Positions 50,851 to 64,000 of a stretch of 64,000 nucleotides of DNA are shown here, in pieces. The position numbers and the translations under genes were made by a program. The first letter of the stretch is position 1. Each line of letters begins with the position of its first letter. The notes under the pieces are model-generated. The model searched no databases, was not told the origin of the DNA, and worked only from the letters and a program-made list of their open reading frames with translations. The DNA comes from Lama glama (taxonomy: Eukaryota): positions 32,676,001-32,740,000 of the forward strand of contig CM052818.1 in the NCBI GenBank assembly GCA_028534125.1. Reading direction: 5' to 3'.

Positions 50851-53800
50851 TTACTAAAAAAGTCTCCCTTGATCTCCAACTTCAAACACCCCATCCCCAC
50901 CTCCACTTAGGCAATCCATCTCTGAGTTTCTGCTATGATGATTTCTATCATTTCATTAAAAATAATAAAATAATTAAAATAATCTGTTCCAGAGTCAACC
51001 ATCCCAGTGGCATACCTAACATACTTAACACCCAGAGCAGATCGTTTAAAAAAAAAAACCCTTTTCTAGATGACAGGATTATTTTTAGCAAAAATCATTA
51101 AATGAAACAAATAATAATAAAAGCCATAAAATAAACACTGATAATTTTCTTTTATTGAACCTTGCATATATAATCTTGTTAGTTAAAAAAGAAATAAATA
51201 ATAAAATAAATGTTAAAATACAAAAAAGGGGAAAGTCATGGCTTTATATTTTTACATTAGAACATTTTTAAAAGGGGGGAACTTATATCTGTATATATTA
51301 GTCTGTTGAAGCTATGAATAAGAATCTTTATAATTGTTGTACTGTTTATTTTAAATATCCTGTTTTTAACACAGGAAAAGTGGTACCACAGGGGCTGGAG
51401 ATGTGAATTATTCTTGAATGATTCTGAAACTTTAAGAACTTAAAAAGAACTCTTGTTAGTGAGTCCACATGTGTCGGGGCCAACTATATAATCAGGAGTT
51501 CTTGGAATTAACTTTCTTATACATTATAATGTTTATCAAAGGACAAGTAATAAAAATATACTAATGTGAAGCATGCTTAATACACAAATACATCCATATG
51601 TAATTAAAACTCAGTGTTGGTCACAAAACTTGTTTACAACTTGAGTCAATAAAATATTTAGGGGAAGAGAAGTATTTCACTGCTGACATTGTTCGGAACG
51701 GGTGACACCTGGTGATGAGAGGAAGCGGACTATAGTAGTAGTATACTAGACTATATAACTGAACCCCTTCGCTGTACACCTGAAAGTAACACATTATAAA
51801 TCAACTATACTTCAATAAAATTTTTAAAAATTTTAGAAAGCAATGCATAGAAGAAAGATTAGAATGCTATTTCTCTTGGGTGTTCAGGGGATTTCTCTTG
51901 AGGTGAGATAAGCATGATTAGGAGTCAGTTATGAATAAACGAATGAGGAATAAATAGAGGGATGGATATTCCCCAAGTGTGAAGTTTTTAAAAGGTTTTA
52001 AGTTTTGAAAAGATTGATTACTTTATGAGTGACCATAAACACAAAGCATTAATGCATCACAATTTAAAAATCAGAGGACAGGTTGAGTTCTACAGTGTGA
52101 GTTGGTGACACCTGAGAAAGAGGCGGTGGGCAGAAGGGAGGGGTTCAACGGAGAGGTTCTCTGAGGCCCAGACTAGCATTGGACCCTGACCAGCAGTAGG
52201 GCTGGTAAGATGGAGGTGAGAGTCAGTCCATTCTTCAAAAGAAGGACTCTGAAGAAGAGGAAAGAAGATCTAGGATCCTCTCCAGGAGTGAAATCCCAAG
52301 GACTGATCATTTCTCAACATTCTAAAATGATGGCTCACAATATGCTAGCAAACTGGTTCTGAATCATCCTGCACAGTATCCTATAATTTAGGAACTGAGA
52401 AAGGTGTTTAGTGAGTGGTGGTGGATGATGCTAAGTAAGAAGATTCTCCAATTCTGATGTAATTTTTCTTAAAACCTGCACACATATTTAAGAAAATGTT
52501 AAACTTCTCTGGATTTAGACTTGCAATGTCTTGTAATACAACAGTAAATCATAGAGGAGTTTTACAGGGTCCAGATTCATGTTAAGCAGCAACTCAGGGA
52601 AAAAAAATGAAAAAGCAAGAGAAAAGCAGTTATATTCATAGACTTGGATACTTTCCATTTCACTATAACTCAGTAAAAAAAACCTGAGAACTTCAGCAGT
52701 TCTAAAAAAGCTAAATACATGTATAGATACAGGACAAAATAAATAGCTATTAAATATAATTGGACCATATTTACATGTTGAATTAAATATTTAACATAGG
52801 GACCCAGGTATGAGGGCTGCTACTTTTTTCATTTCCTACTTTCTTCATTCATTTACTCAACAAATATTTATTGAGGGCATATTGTGTGCCAGGCACTATG
52901 ACAGGATTATAATGATATAACTATGATATGATATGATGATATATACAATATAAACATGTAATGATATGACATAACAGGATTATAATGATACAACTATGAC
53001 AGATTTATAATGATGAATAAGGCACAGCCCTGTCAACAATCTTATCTTCTATCCAGGGAAATAGTAAGTAAACAGCAGCTTCCACACAGTATGACATATG
53101 CCATGGCAGGTCTAAAGACTTAAAGGACATGAAGAACACAGAGGAGAGGTGCTTCCCCCAGTCTTTTGGAGTCATTCTAGGCCACCAGTAATGTGAGACT
53201 GATACCTGAAGGATGACGGCAAGTTCTACAAAATAGAGGGAAGAAGCTTGTGCAAAGAGCCAGAGGAGAACATTTGTGGAACTAGACCTAGTGATCTAGT
53301 CTGACCGGAGATTTAAAAAGTCAGCCGTCAGTAATAGCACTGAAGACTATTTGGACTTTAAAGTAGCTGCGTGACTAAATGCCACAAAACGACAATATCT
53401 TTCTGGTCTTATCTCATCAGGTAAACATAATGAGTTGATGATGCCGCGTATGTTCAGAGAACAGTTCCAGAGTGCAACGTGACTTGGAAGTTTCATAGGG
53501 AAGACAGAAGGAAAAGAAAAGTGTAGCCAGAAATAGAAAGACATATATAATGATGTCCTTTTGAGAACTCAAATGCTCTGAAAGATCACGAATAAGGAAT
53601 AATTATATTTTTCAAAATATGTTAATGCATTTCATTAGATGTGTGTAGGACAAAATATTTATACCACTGTGTTTGTTCTTCAAACAATAGAAAGAAAAGG
53701 ATGCCATTTACTGTTCACAATTTATCTCAGAAATCAAAGATATGTAAATTTACCTCCTGTATTTTGTCAATATACCTTCTTCTTTCTAATTTCTACTTCT

Positions 53801-54694
53801 TCTGAAATAACAGCCAAATATCATTTAAGAATATATTTAAGAAGAATAAAGTAGGAATGATAAATTTTAAAAAAATTGTAGGGCTTAGGATTCAGAAGGT
53901 TCCAACTCAGGCTCATACTTGGCTGTAATAATAGAAAGATTAGCCACAAGAACTTTTCCTAAAACAAATTGAAACCAAAAATGAGACATGCAGCTGAATT
54001 GGGGAAGAGCAGTTCTGTTTTGTTTTCTTTTTTCGTTTTTTGGATTAAAAGGGAGAAGTCCTGAGGATGGAGTTTACAATGGCTGTTCTAGAAAGCACAG
54101 ATTAGAAAGTATTAATTTATGTATGCTAAAGTAATAACAAGACTTACCAAATTTAAACTGAATTCACAGCTCTTTGAACACTGCGATGTTAACTCTGAAT
54201 TCAGTTGTACTGTTGACGGGTCTTTGAGGAGTGTTATAGGACAAACAGCACGGACTGCTGAATCAGACTGACCTAGATAGGAAACCCTGTCGCACCACTT
54301 GTCAGCTATGAGATGCTGCCCAAATCATTTAATCTCCCTAGGTCAGTTTTCTTATGCATAGAGCTGGAATACTTATTTCTAACACAGGATTGTTGTGAAA
54401 AACAAACCAAATAAATATCTAATGTGTCTGGTATTGCCAGACCCTCAATTAAGTTTTGCCATATGAATTTTTATTAAGCAAACAGGTTAGTGATATTTTA
54501 TGTTCAATGAGACTTTGGACTCTATAGATAACTTTTTCCCCATTTTAAATTTTGTTTTACTTTTCAGATTAAATAAATTTGTTTTTATTTAAAAATTTGG
54601 AGGGGTGGCAAAACCTGGGAATAAACCATTTTTAAAGAGACCAGTAAGAGAGAATTAGAAACTAGTCAATGCTCTTTTGGTGCGGGGTTCAGGG

Positions 54695-55025
54695 GATGTT
54701 TAAACAACAATTAATTCTCTCACAGTTCTGGCAGTTAGGAGTCCAACATCAAGGTGTCAACAGGTTTGGTTTCTTCTGAGGCTTTCCCCCTTGACTTGTA
54801 GATGGCCATCTTCAGCCTGTGTCTTCACATGGTCTTCCCTCTGTGTCCTAATCTCCTCTTCTTAAAAGGACAGCAGTCATATTGGATTAGGGCCCATTCT
54901 GATAACCTCATTATAACTTAATTACCTCTATCTACAAATATAGTCACATTCTGACGTACTGAAGGTTAGGATTTCAAACCATGAATTTGGTGGAGGGGTG
55001 AGGTGATTTAATGCAGCCTGTAACA
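54695..55025 (-). mobile_element. MLT1-type (ERVL-MaLR) solo LTR
   Basis: ctctcacagttctggcagttaggagtccaacatcaaggtgtc...cagtcatattggattagggccca. Confidence 0.8.
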
Positions 55026-55479
55026 CCCCTCTCCCCGCCACCGCTGTTTCAGCCTTTTCCCATTTTAAAATACTTGTACTCAGTTTTGGAGAGGCTAAAA
55101 CACTTAGTTAACTAGGTATTACATTTCAGTTATTAAACACAACTCCGTTAAATGAGCACACAGTGAATACAGTCACTTTAATCTCGGGTTGCAGAATCTT
55201 TGAGTCTGGGGAGGGCAGGCAGGTGGTCAGAGCCCAGTCAAAAGGGACTTGCTAGCACCGGGGAACGAACGCCGCAGTCTGCTGGAAAAGGTGTGCGGGT
55301 CAGTGGGTGGCACATCCCAGAGAAGTCTGTCAAACGCATCTCCGGGCCAGTTTTACTTATACATTTTGCAGGTGACCGGGTGACGTTCGTGTTCCCGACT
55401 ACTAACGAGCTAATAGTCCGGTCCAGCACTTCAGTTAAGACAACGCTTTGACAGGCTCTGTCTCTCTTAATCCTCCTGT

Positions 55480-56200
55480 CCCCGGGCGAGGCTGGTGGAG
55501 ATTTGTCAGCAATTGTTTACTCTGCACACATTCCAAAGAGGAAATTGGGCCCCCGCGCGGGAGACGGACTCGCTCCTGGGACAGTTACTCGTAGTGGACC
55601 TCGCGGAACCTGCGCAGACAGCTCGGCCTCTGCGCCCTCTCTCGACGCAGGCGCAGTAGCGGAGTTCTTCCAGCGAAATAGCTCTCCAGCCCCTAGGCGG
55701 CTGCGTCAATGCTACTGGCAGCGAGAGGCGGGGCGTCGCTCGGCCCTACGTCACTCGTCTGCGACTGCGCTTGCGCGGGTTGTCATGCTGTCAGCCGGGC
55801 GCCAGGGTCCGGTCCTGCTACGGCTGCGGTGTTTCGGTAGGTGGCCAGGGCTCGGGACCTGTCCATTCCTGTGCGGCCCTGGGCAAGAGCCCTTCGAGAG
55901 AGTCCGGTTACTGTGTTGTGAATCCTTGCCTAGAGACGCACGAGATGACGAGGGAGAGCGCGAGGCGGCACAGAGGAAAGTCCCAGGCGCAGAGTCGCCT
56001 CCATCGCTTCGTCCGCGCGCCCGGGGACTTGGGACCAGATGTCTTTCGTCACTGGAAAGCCTCAGGGTGCAGACGCCGCGAGAGGAGTTACCTCCTCAAG
56101 AACAGGAGGACTCGAGTAGAGACCAGGGCCACTCAGTTCCCTCATTGCCGGCCTTGGCCCAGTCTGCGACCAAGGACAAAGAACTTCGCGTCTCTTCCTT
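55480..56200 (+). promoter_or_regulatory. TRMT61B: TRMT61B CpG-island promoter / exon 1 island
   Basis: CpG-rich; NRF1-like CGCAGGCGCA 55646-55655 and TGCGCTTGCGCG 55766-55777, GC box GGCGGGGCG near 55727, CRE-like TACGTCA near 55747. Confidence 0.75.
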
Positions 56201-56471
56201 GTCAGCTTTCAGAGAGGTGCCTTTTCGGGTTGGGGAGCTGATTTTAGCTGAGACTGGAAAGAGAGAAACACAATTTAAAAAATTATTTAGGTTGAGCAAC
56301 GCCGGACACTTACATAGTAGCTTGGGGACAGTCCCGTTCAGCGAGATCGTGGGGAAGTTCCCCGGCCAGATACTGAGAAGTTCCTCTGGTAAGCACTTCA
56401 TGCTGAAGAGGCCGGCATTGGAGGACTATGTATTACTGATGCAAAGAGGGCCTGCTATAACTTATCCAAAG
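55785..56471 (+). CDS. TRMT61B: TRMT61B exon 1 (mitochondrial tRNA m1A58 methyltransferase; [12 protein letters not shown]...GPAITYPK)
   Basis: ATG 55785 aligns with recalled human start (ML..GPVLL.LR); [29 protein letters not shown] motifs; donor AAG|gtaatg; 687 nt. Confidence 0.93.
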
Positions 56472-59274
56472 GTAATGCGATGGGAGTTTAGTTGCATATT
56501 GGTTCCAGAGAGAGCAAAACTGATGCAGTACTACAGACCTGATATAATGTACTTAAAGCACATCTCAGGACGTTTCAAGCTTTTTTTTTTTTTTTAAACC
56601 AATGGCTATGACTTGAACATATCTTATGACTGCTCATTTTAGGACAAAAAAGCTAGAGTTTAATTTTAATTTGGGAGCCTAGATTCTCTGATCTGTAAAG
56701 TGAAGAGACTATCGACCTAGTATATAGAGTGATGAGGACTCACCAGGCATAAAATAAGTGCATATATTGGTTCCCCATAATTCTTAAGTTTGTAAGTTCT
56801 TCAGCATTCAAGGGAATGTTGAAATCTTAGGGCAATTTTTTTTAATTGAAATATAGTCAGTTACAATATGACAATTTTTTAGTACCACTGTGGTGATATT
56901 TTAATCATCATATTTAATAAGGTATGTTATAAGTATATTTTATCAACAGTAGATATATTACCATGCTTTTCCCTTTAGAAAAAAAGTTTTGAATTAAAAC
57001 AGGTGAAATTAAACACTAAATGTAAAAGAAATATCCTTTATAAATTACCTAGAGTTCCTTGTTACAGTCTTATACAGACTATCCATTACTAGTGGTTTAT
57101 TTTAATCCTTAATCATAGTCACAGTCCTTGAGTAGAATGTTCCTTTGTAATAGTAACAACTCATCCTTCTAGTCCTAAATGAGGAATTATGATTCATTAT
57201 TTCTTCAGCAAATAATCACCTACCTTCTATATTCAGGGCACTATTTTAGGGAGTCATACTGGTGAACCACAGTTCTTGCTCTCAACATAGACCTTACATC
57301 CTAGAGGGGGTGACAGTGAACAAATAAGTAAGTGAAAGAATTAGATAATTTCAGGTAGTGCTAAGTACCATGAAGACAAATAGATTAACAATGACATTGT
57401 GTTGGATAACCTGGGGGAGGAGAATACTTTGTCAGGTGGGTAGAGGTCGCCAACGAGGTATATTTGATAAACTAATTAAGGAAGAGCCAGCTGTGTGAAG
57501 ATCTAGGAGCAGAGTGTGCTTGCAAAGGGAAGGGTATTGCAGAGTTCCTGCTGTGGCCTGAGTGGGTTAGGTGAGGCAGAGAATGATATGAGATGTGATG
57601 TGGTTGGAGAAATAAGAGTATTTTATTCCATGTGCATTGGGTGACCATTGGAAGGTGTTAAGTAGGAATCCAGTCTATATTTTAAAAGGTCTACCTTGGG
57701 ACTAAGAAAATCTTCCTGGAGGCTTTAGGCCAGAGAGATATCAAAAGCTCCCGATGGGAACTTTGTCTTTGTTTTACTGCATCGATTCTCTTTCCTCTTT
57801 TGACTGTTCCAACTTAGTCATAAAAAAAGGATTTTAACATTTCATCTTGCTTCCCCACATCTTTTTTCTCCTCACTAGACAAAACTGTGAGAGAATAGTT
57901 GTATTTTATAAAGTTAAAGATAAATCTTTAGTGCACTTTCTGCATTTCCACTTGTCACCGATGAAAGTCACAGTGTTCCATTCCAAGGAATTTAAATACT
58001 GGACTTGCTAGATATTGACTTCTCTGTTTATCTCACAAGTGATGGTGGCAGGAAATTTGACCTCAACTTTTACAATTTTGAAATGCTTTTTAAGAGAGTA
58101 TCTCCAATGACTTTTGAAAGCTGGTCTCCCCCATAGAATCACATAGTTTATCTTAATATTAAAAGTGGGTCAATTTTAAATGAATTTCATAACAATGACG
58201 TGTGAAATGTCAACATTCCACAAGGGTCGGTATCAAACATTTTTAGGTTTGGAGGTGAAGTGTAAATGGCAACATTCCCTAGATTTTTAAACTAATCTTT
58301 TCAGCCAATTTGCATGTTTGGAACACTTCTATAAGGACAATTGGGGAGCAGAAATTGTTGCCACTTAAGACTAAAGCACAATTATTAAAACCTTAGGCTG
58401 AGGATTAGGTTTATATTATTGAATTAATTAGGAAGGGATAGAAATTCCTGTCAAGAAAAAAAAGTCTGAAAAGATTGAAAGCCTGAAGTCTTTTAGAATG
58501 TGTAGAAAACTCAATAGAAGTGTGATATTTCATAACTTTGGAGGAGTCTTCCAATAGCTTCAAATCCCTTTTAGAAAGAGGGAGGGAAATGAATAAATGC
58601 TAATCCCACCCAGATTTTGGACTGGAATTGCTTGGATGTATATAGTCAGATCCAGCCTCATCCCACTGAGACCAGGTACCCTGAATGGCAAGAAGCAAAA
58701 GTTAAAAGTTTTTTAAAATTGTGTAATTCTAGGTTTCTGTGTCTTATATGAAAGAGCGAGGGAAATAGAACTCCCTTCTCCAAAGCATTTCATTGAAATG
58801 ACTGCCCAAGCTGCCTCCCATTCCTGTGTGAAGCTGTCTGTGTCCCCTCCCACCTCTTCTCCCATGTGCCTGTCACATGGGGAAGGATATGTCTGAAAGA
58901 TAGCATTTGTGAATGAAACTTTTTGACTAATACGTCTTAAAAATTATGTGTGTATGTATCATTTCATTCAAGCCTTAGTCCATTTCAGAAAATACATTTT
59001 GACTTTTAATTGGACAACTGTACATGTTGAATAGTTTCTTATGCAACCAAACCTATATTTAATACACAATTTTGTTGTGACTTGACAAAGGATCTGAGAA
59101 CCTTTCCTATTTCTTTTAGAATTTTAATAGCATCTTTTATCAGAGAAGGAAAAGATAGGAAAAACTTAACAGATATGCTGCTTATTAGCAACTTCAAAAG
59201 GTTTGCTATTGGGGGAATGTTGAAATAAAAGGTAACGTTTAAATTTTCCTCTCTGTATAACATTTGGTGTAATG

Positions 59275-59510
59275 ACCAGTAGCGTGGTGTTTAAGAGTTC
59301 AACATCGGTTCTATTCCTGACTTGCCCACTTAATTCCTGGCTGTGTGACTCTGGGCAAATTACTTAAGCTTATTGATTCCTTATCCTTACAGTGGGGATG
59401 ATGATGCTTTCCTCATATTATTATTCTGATTAAGCAATGTTTCAAAGCAGTTTGCTTAGTTAAAAAGCCTGGCACATGGTGAAGTTTCAATAAACAGCTG
59501 TTATTACTAT
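59275..59510 (+). mobile_element. MIR SINE
   Basis: gctgtgtgactctgggcaaattacttaa...gcctggcacatggtgaagtttcaataaa. Confidence 0.7.
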
Positions 59511-60017
59511 CATCCACGATATTCTGGTTAACAAAACAATTCTTTAGTTATAAAGTTTGGCAAATGGGTCTGCCTGTCTATTCCTGGTATCCTAATTCTA
59601 AATGAGAAGTTCATCAGTTCATGCAGAGTTTATGTAATAACTTCCTAACTGGTCTTTCTGCCTCTCAGTTTTCTCTCTTCTAGTGCATCCTATATTCCCC
59701 TGACAGATTAATCTTTATAAAATGCCATTTATATTACCTCAGTGACATGCCCCAGTTACTTACCAGGTCAAGTTCAAATACTTTAGCCTGGATTCAAGTC
59801 TCCTTATTGCTCCTCCTGAGATGGGCAAACTGTTTATTCTGCCTCCCTTTTGTTTAAAGCTGTTTCTCCCTTGTGACTGTTTCCTTAAATTCTTCATTCT
59901 GTGTCTTTAAGCTAGGGCAGTCTGCTCATTCCTCCTTTCTCTGAGCTTGTATTGTTACTTAACGACTTTCATTTCAATAGTATACTGAAGTGCTGCTATA
60001 TTTGCTAATTGATTCTT

Positions 60018-60279
60018 TGTTTTTTAATTGAAGTATAGTCAGTTTACAATGTGCTAAGTTCTGGTGTACAACATAATGTTTCAGTATACATATACATATA
60101 TTCATTTTCATATTCTTTTTCATTACAGGTTACTACAGGTATGGAATATAGTTTCCTCCCTTTCCCCCTGGTAACCATAAGTTTGTTTACTATGTCTGTG
60201 AGTCTGTTTTTGTTTTGTGGATAAGTTCATTAATGTCTTCTTTTTCCTTTTCAGATTCCTCACATGAGTGATACAGTAA
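60018..60279 (-). mobile_element. 5'-truncated L1 3' end with 15-bp TSD
   Basis: ttttttaattgaagtatagtcagtttacaatg...; TSD tgctaattgattctt 60003-60017 / 60280-60294. Confidence 0.88.
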
Positions 60280-60467
60280 TGCTAATTGATTCTTGAATCT
60301 CTCATTTCATCAAGTAAAATATAAACTCTTGGTAGGCAGGGCCAGAGTTTAATCCTTTTTTTTTTTTCACATTCCTTTTCTCCAAGCCCAATATAGTGTT
60401 TGTAAGAGTAGGTGCTTAGTACGTATTTATTGGTCACAGAGTCACCCATGCTGTGTTTCAATCACAG

Positions 60468-60570
60468 GATGTGAATATGATACTGTTGATGATGAACATC
60501 TACCCTGGTGATACTGTTTTGGAAGCTGGTTCAGGCTCTGGTGGAATGAGCTTATTTTTATCCAAAGCAG
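60468..60570 (+). CDS. TRMT61B: TRMT61B exon 2 ([34 protein letters not shown])
   Basis: tcacag|GAT ... G|gtaaga; SAM-binding motif [10 protein letters not shown]; 103 nt. Confidence 0.96.
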
Positions 60571-60829
60571 GTAAGAGATTGTGATAAATGAACTGAATTT
60601 AGATGACAAAGAAAACATTCTATCTGTTCATAACAGAAAGTTAAATAGATACAGATGTTTCAGAAAATATTCACATAACTTTGTGATAGAGAGCATTCTC
60701 CTCGAAATCAAATGTGAACAACTATTTTTCTTTTCATTTTGTACATTTTTTCAAGTCATTCTCTGTCTAATCCTCTCTATGTTTTGTTTGCTTTCTGTTG
60801 CTCCGTCCATGGTTTTTAATGCTTCTACT

Positions 60830-61350
60830 TCTTTTTTTAAACTAAAATTTTTATTGGAGCATAACATGGCTATAGAAAAGTGCACAGATCATAAGTGTAT
60901 ACCTCAGTAAGTTTCTATATAGTGACTACACTCATGTAGTTATTACCCAGATCAAGATAGGGAAAGTTTTTATACCACAGAAGCGTCCTCAAATCCCCTC
61001 TCAGTCCTTATCCTCCCCAAAGGTAAAAGGTAACCATTGTTCTGACTTTTATCACCATTGATTAATTTTGCCTGTTTTGAACCTTATATAAAAGGAATCA
61101 TACAGTATTCTAATCTTTTGAATAGATTCTAATCTAATCTATTCTACTTTCATTCAACATTCTGTTTGTAAGTTTCAGCCACCACATGTAGCAATAGTTC
61201 TTTCATTTTAGTTGCCATTTTGTAAATAAGTGACAATTTATCCATTCTACTGTTGATGGGCATTTGAGTTGAATATTGTGAATAATGCTTCTCTGAATAT
61301 TCTTGTACTTGTCTTTTGGTGTACATGTGTACATGTTTTTGTTAATAATA
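60830..61350 (-). mobile_element. L1 3' fragment, antisense
   Basis: aaagtgcacagatcataagtgta, aaccattgttctgactttta, ccattctactgttgatgggcattt. Confidence 0.8.
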
Positions 61351-61875
61351 GTGCCAAATGAATACTGAGTATGAGAGCATATAGAAGGAGGAGGGCTGTC
61401 AGCTGCTAGGGAGAGTCATATACTATCGGGGCAAAGAATTATAGTTGTTGTTCATGAATAAATTAACTGTAATATATAACTATTAAGATAAAGCTAGGTC
61501 ATGAAGAATTTTCCTTTCTTTAAGGAAGTCTCTAAAAATTGTCAGTTGGTAAAAGTACTCCTTGATGGTAGCACCTGATCAAAAATCAAGAGGTATGTAG
61601 TAAACATAAATATCCGTTCATGTTCCTACCACTTGATTTCTGGTTATTCTTGTCCTAGTTAATTATTGCTCCCTTTGATCACATAATTCCTCTGATTGTC
61701 AGGGTTGCTTTGGCTTGTCTAGCTGCCTGTGCAGTGTTCCCTTTCTCATCTAATAGTAGACAGCACTCTCTCTGGGTAAATTTTTTTTAATCATTCACAT
61801 TGTTCTTTATTAGTGCATTCTTTTTTAGCAGTTGTAGGTATATATGGGTAGATTTTGTAAAGATTACAGATAGAA

Positions 61876-61917
61876 ATCTGTAGGCAAATAATTGCTCTAC
61901 CCCTGAGCTATACCCCC
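61876..61917 (-). pseudogene. Truncated tRNA-Cys(GCA)-like 5'-half retrocopy with TSD
   Basis: Minus strand GGGGGTATAGCTCAGGGGTAGAGCA-atta-TTTGCCTACAGAT; direct repeats at 61860-61879 and 61918-61937. Confidence 0.7.
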
Positions 61918-62539
61918 AAGATTATAAATAGAAATCTACTGAATTAAACCTTTTGTTCTTTGACCTAATGCCATCACATATAAACATAATCCAGCTTATA
62001 CTGGGTCAGAAAATTCATTTTGGGCTCCTCACATCTTTTGTTGGACTCTGTATAATCTGTGACAGATTCCTAAACGCATTTGACAAAGTGAATTTATAAA
62101 ACTTTAGGAGACATCAGGGTGTCTGTATTTCTAACATCTATAGTATTAAAGGCATGCATGGCATGAATAATCCCAAACTGTGAGTGATCAAGAAATTACT
62201 GCTGCTTACCTTTGGGGTGGGTTTTTTTCTCCATAATTTTCTAGTTGTTTAGCTTATGCTACTATTAACATTAATTTTTATCCCTGAGATACATGATGAC
62301 TTACAGCTGGAGTTACATTTCAAAAAGACATGCTGGAAACAAAACAAAACAAAGACATGCTAGAGTTTAAACTTTTCATTTTCACTATAGACTGATCTGG
62401 GACAGCCTACAAATGGTATCAAATCACCTCAGACAGAGATGGGTGGAAAATTAATTGCTATAAGTTAAAATGTAGTAATCTTCTGTAAAACTCCAGTATA
62501 CTATGTTAAATAGTTTGCAAGTTTTTCAGACATGCACAA

Positions 62540-63260
62540 AAACACCAATATCTTTTAAGTATTTGAAAGGCCTAACTTCATCCATAACAAAAGAAATGAA
62601 AATTCAGACTACAGTCATAAACTATATGCAATTTGTAGATTGACACAGATAAAAGATTTGGTAACTCTTTGTTGGAGAGAGTATGGAGTTATAGGCACTC
62701 TAATATACTGTTGATCGAGTGTAAATCGGGTTTTTTTTGGAGGACAATTTGGTAATGATTTTCAAAATAAATTCACATACCCCTTGAGCCAGCAATTCCA
62801 TTTTTAGGGCTTTATCCTATAGATATACTGGCTCATGTGTACAAAGACTTAGGCAAAATAATTTTCATTCCAATATTGTTTGTAATAACATAAGGCTAGA
62901 ATCAAGCTACATGTTCATCAGTAGGTGATGGGTTAAATAAACTATGGCATAACCATACAATAGAAAATAATATCTATTTAAAAAAATACAATAGATCGTT
63001 AGTCACTGAAATGGTATTGGTAAGTAAGAAGGAAGGTACAAGACAGTATATATAATAGGTCACAACTTGTGTTAAAAGCAAAGAGAAAGAGATAGTTGCA
63101 CACTTGTATAAGCACCAACTGTCTTGGGAAGGGTGAATAACTTTGGTAATATGATCGCCTCTGAAGAGGGAGATTGGGGATTTGGTAGACACTTTGTAAC
63201 CTTGAACTATTTGAATTATTTTTTCATATCCATGTAATTTAATATCTTTGCAAAATAAAT
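62540..63260 (+). mobile_element. Old L1 3' fragment (L1ME-like)
   Basis: ccttgagccagcaattccatttttagg, tcatcagtaggtgatgggttaaataaactatgg. Confidence 0.65.
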
Positions 63261-63317
63261 TTCAGACATTTTTAATGAACTGATTAATATGTAATATCAT
63301 TTTTTTAAAAAAATTAA

Positions 63318-63533
<216 letters not shown>

Positions 63534-64000
63534 TGATATTACCTAAAACTGACTACAAAGAAAATAAGGACCACACTTCTTTTGTATACAATAAAGTCTT
63601 CCTTCATTATTTGCTCCATTTCTGATTCTAAGAGTGGGGGAATATTTTCCTTTAATATTAGATGAGATTTAAAGCAGAAGGACAGACTGAATTAGGTGCC
63701 AAAGTTGTTAATAAAAGTGGGATAATGATGAAATATTGGAGGAGTAGAGCATCATGAACTTTAGCATTTCTAGGATAAAGAAAATAATTTGGAAGCAGCA
63801 TTGGGAACATATTGAGCCTAGCACCTGACCTAATGTGAGATTTGGGGGACTAAACAGGCTCCATTTTCGAGGGAGCAGGCAAGAAGCATCTTTAGATACA
63901 AATCATGATGAGGATGTAGGGGAGTGTTCATTAAACGTGTTGAGGATAGAGGCATATTTATTATGAACAAAGCTCCAGAAAGTTGAGTAGAGGGATTTGT

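Noticed and set aside
55503..56597. 364-aa single ORF as the TRMT61B protein
   Set aside because: It starts at TTG in the promoter and runs through the exon 1 donor at 56471; only 55785-56471 matches the known protein

Overview
Mammalian genomic DNA, probably camelid, judged from the tRNA-derived SINEs beginning GGGGAGGGTA(T/C)AGCTC; the species call is inference. The window holds the complete WDR43 (UTP5) gene on the minus strand: 18 coding exons, CDS 46889->6241, 2046 nt = 681 aa + stop, all GT-AG introns with consistent phases, and a likely poly(A) signal at 4833-4838. About 8.9 kb upstream, head-to-head and with its own CpG island, are the first three coding exons of TRMT61B on the plus strand; that gene continues past the window end. 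WDR43 introns host three intact box C/D snoRNAs of the SNORD53/SNORD92 family (introns 4, 9, 10). The rest is mostly L1, L2, MIR, SINE, LTR and DNA-transposon relics. I see no wholly new biological system. The most interesting observations are: (1) an apparent fourth, degenerate SNORD92/53 paralog in intron 5, with a D+5 guide substitution and a lost box C; (2) a tailless tRNA-Cys 5'-half retrocopy with a ~20-bp TSD; (3) a 108-bp internal L1 RT fragment with a perfect 16-bp TSD and no poly(A); (4) a SINE whose B-box was replaced by an inverted copy of its own sequence; (5) a 5' splice site regenerated at the WDR43 exon 9/10 junction, between two snoRNAs. Gene and repeat names come from my recall of orthologs and consensus sequences, not from a search. 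Repeat boundaries are approximate.
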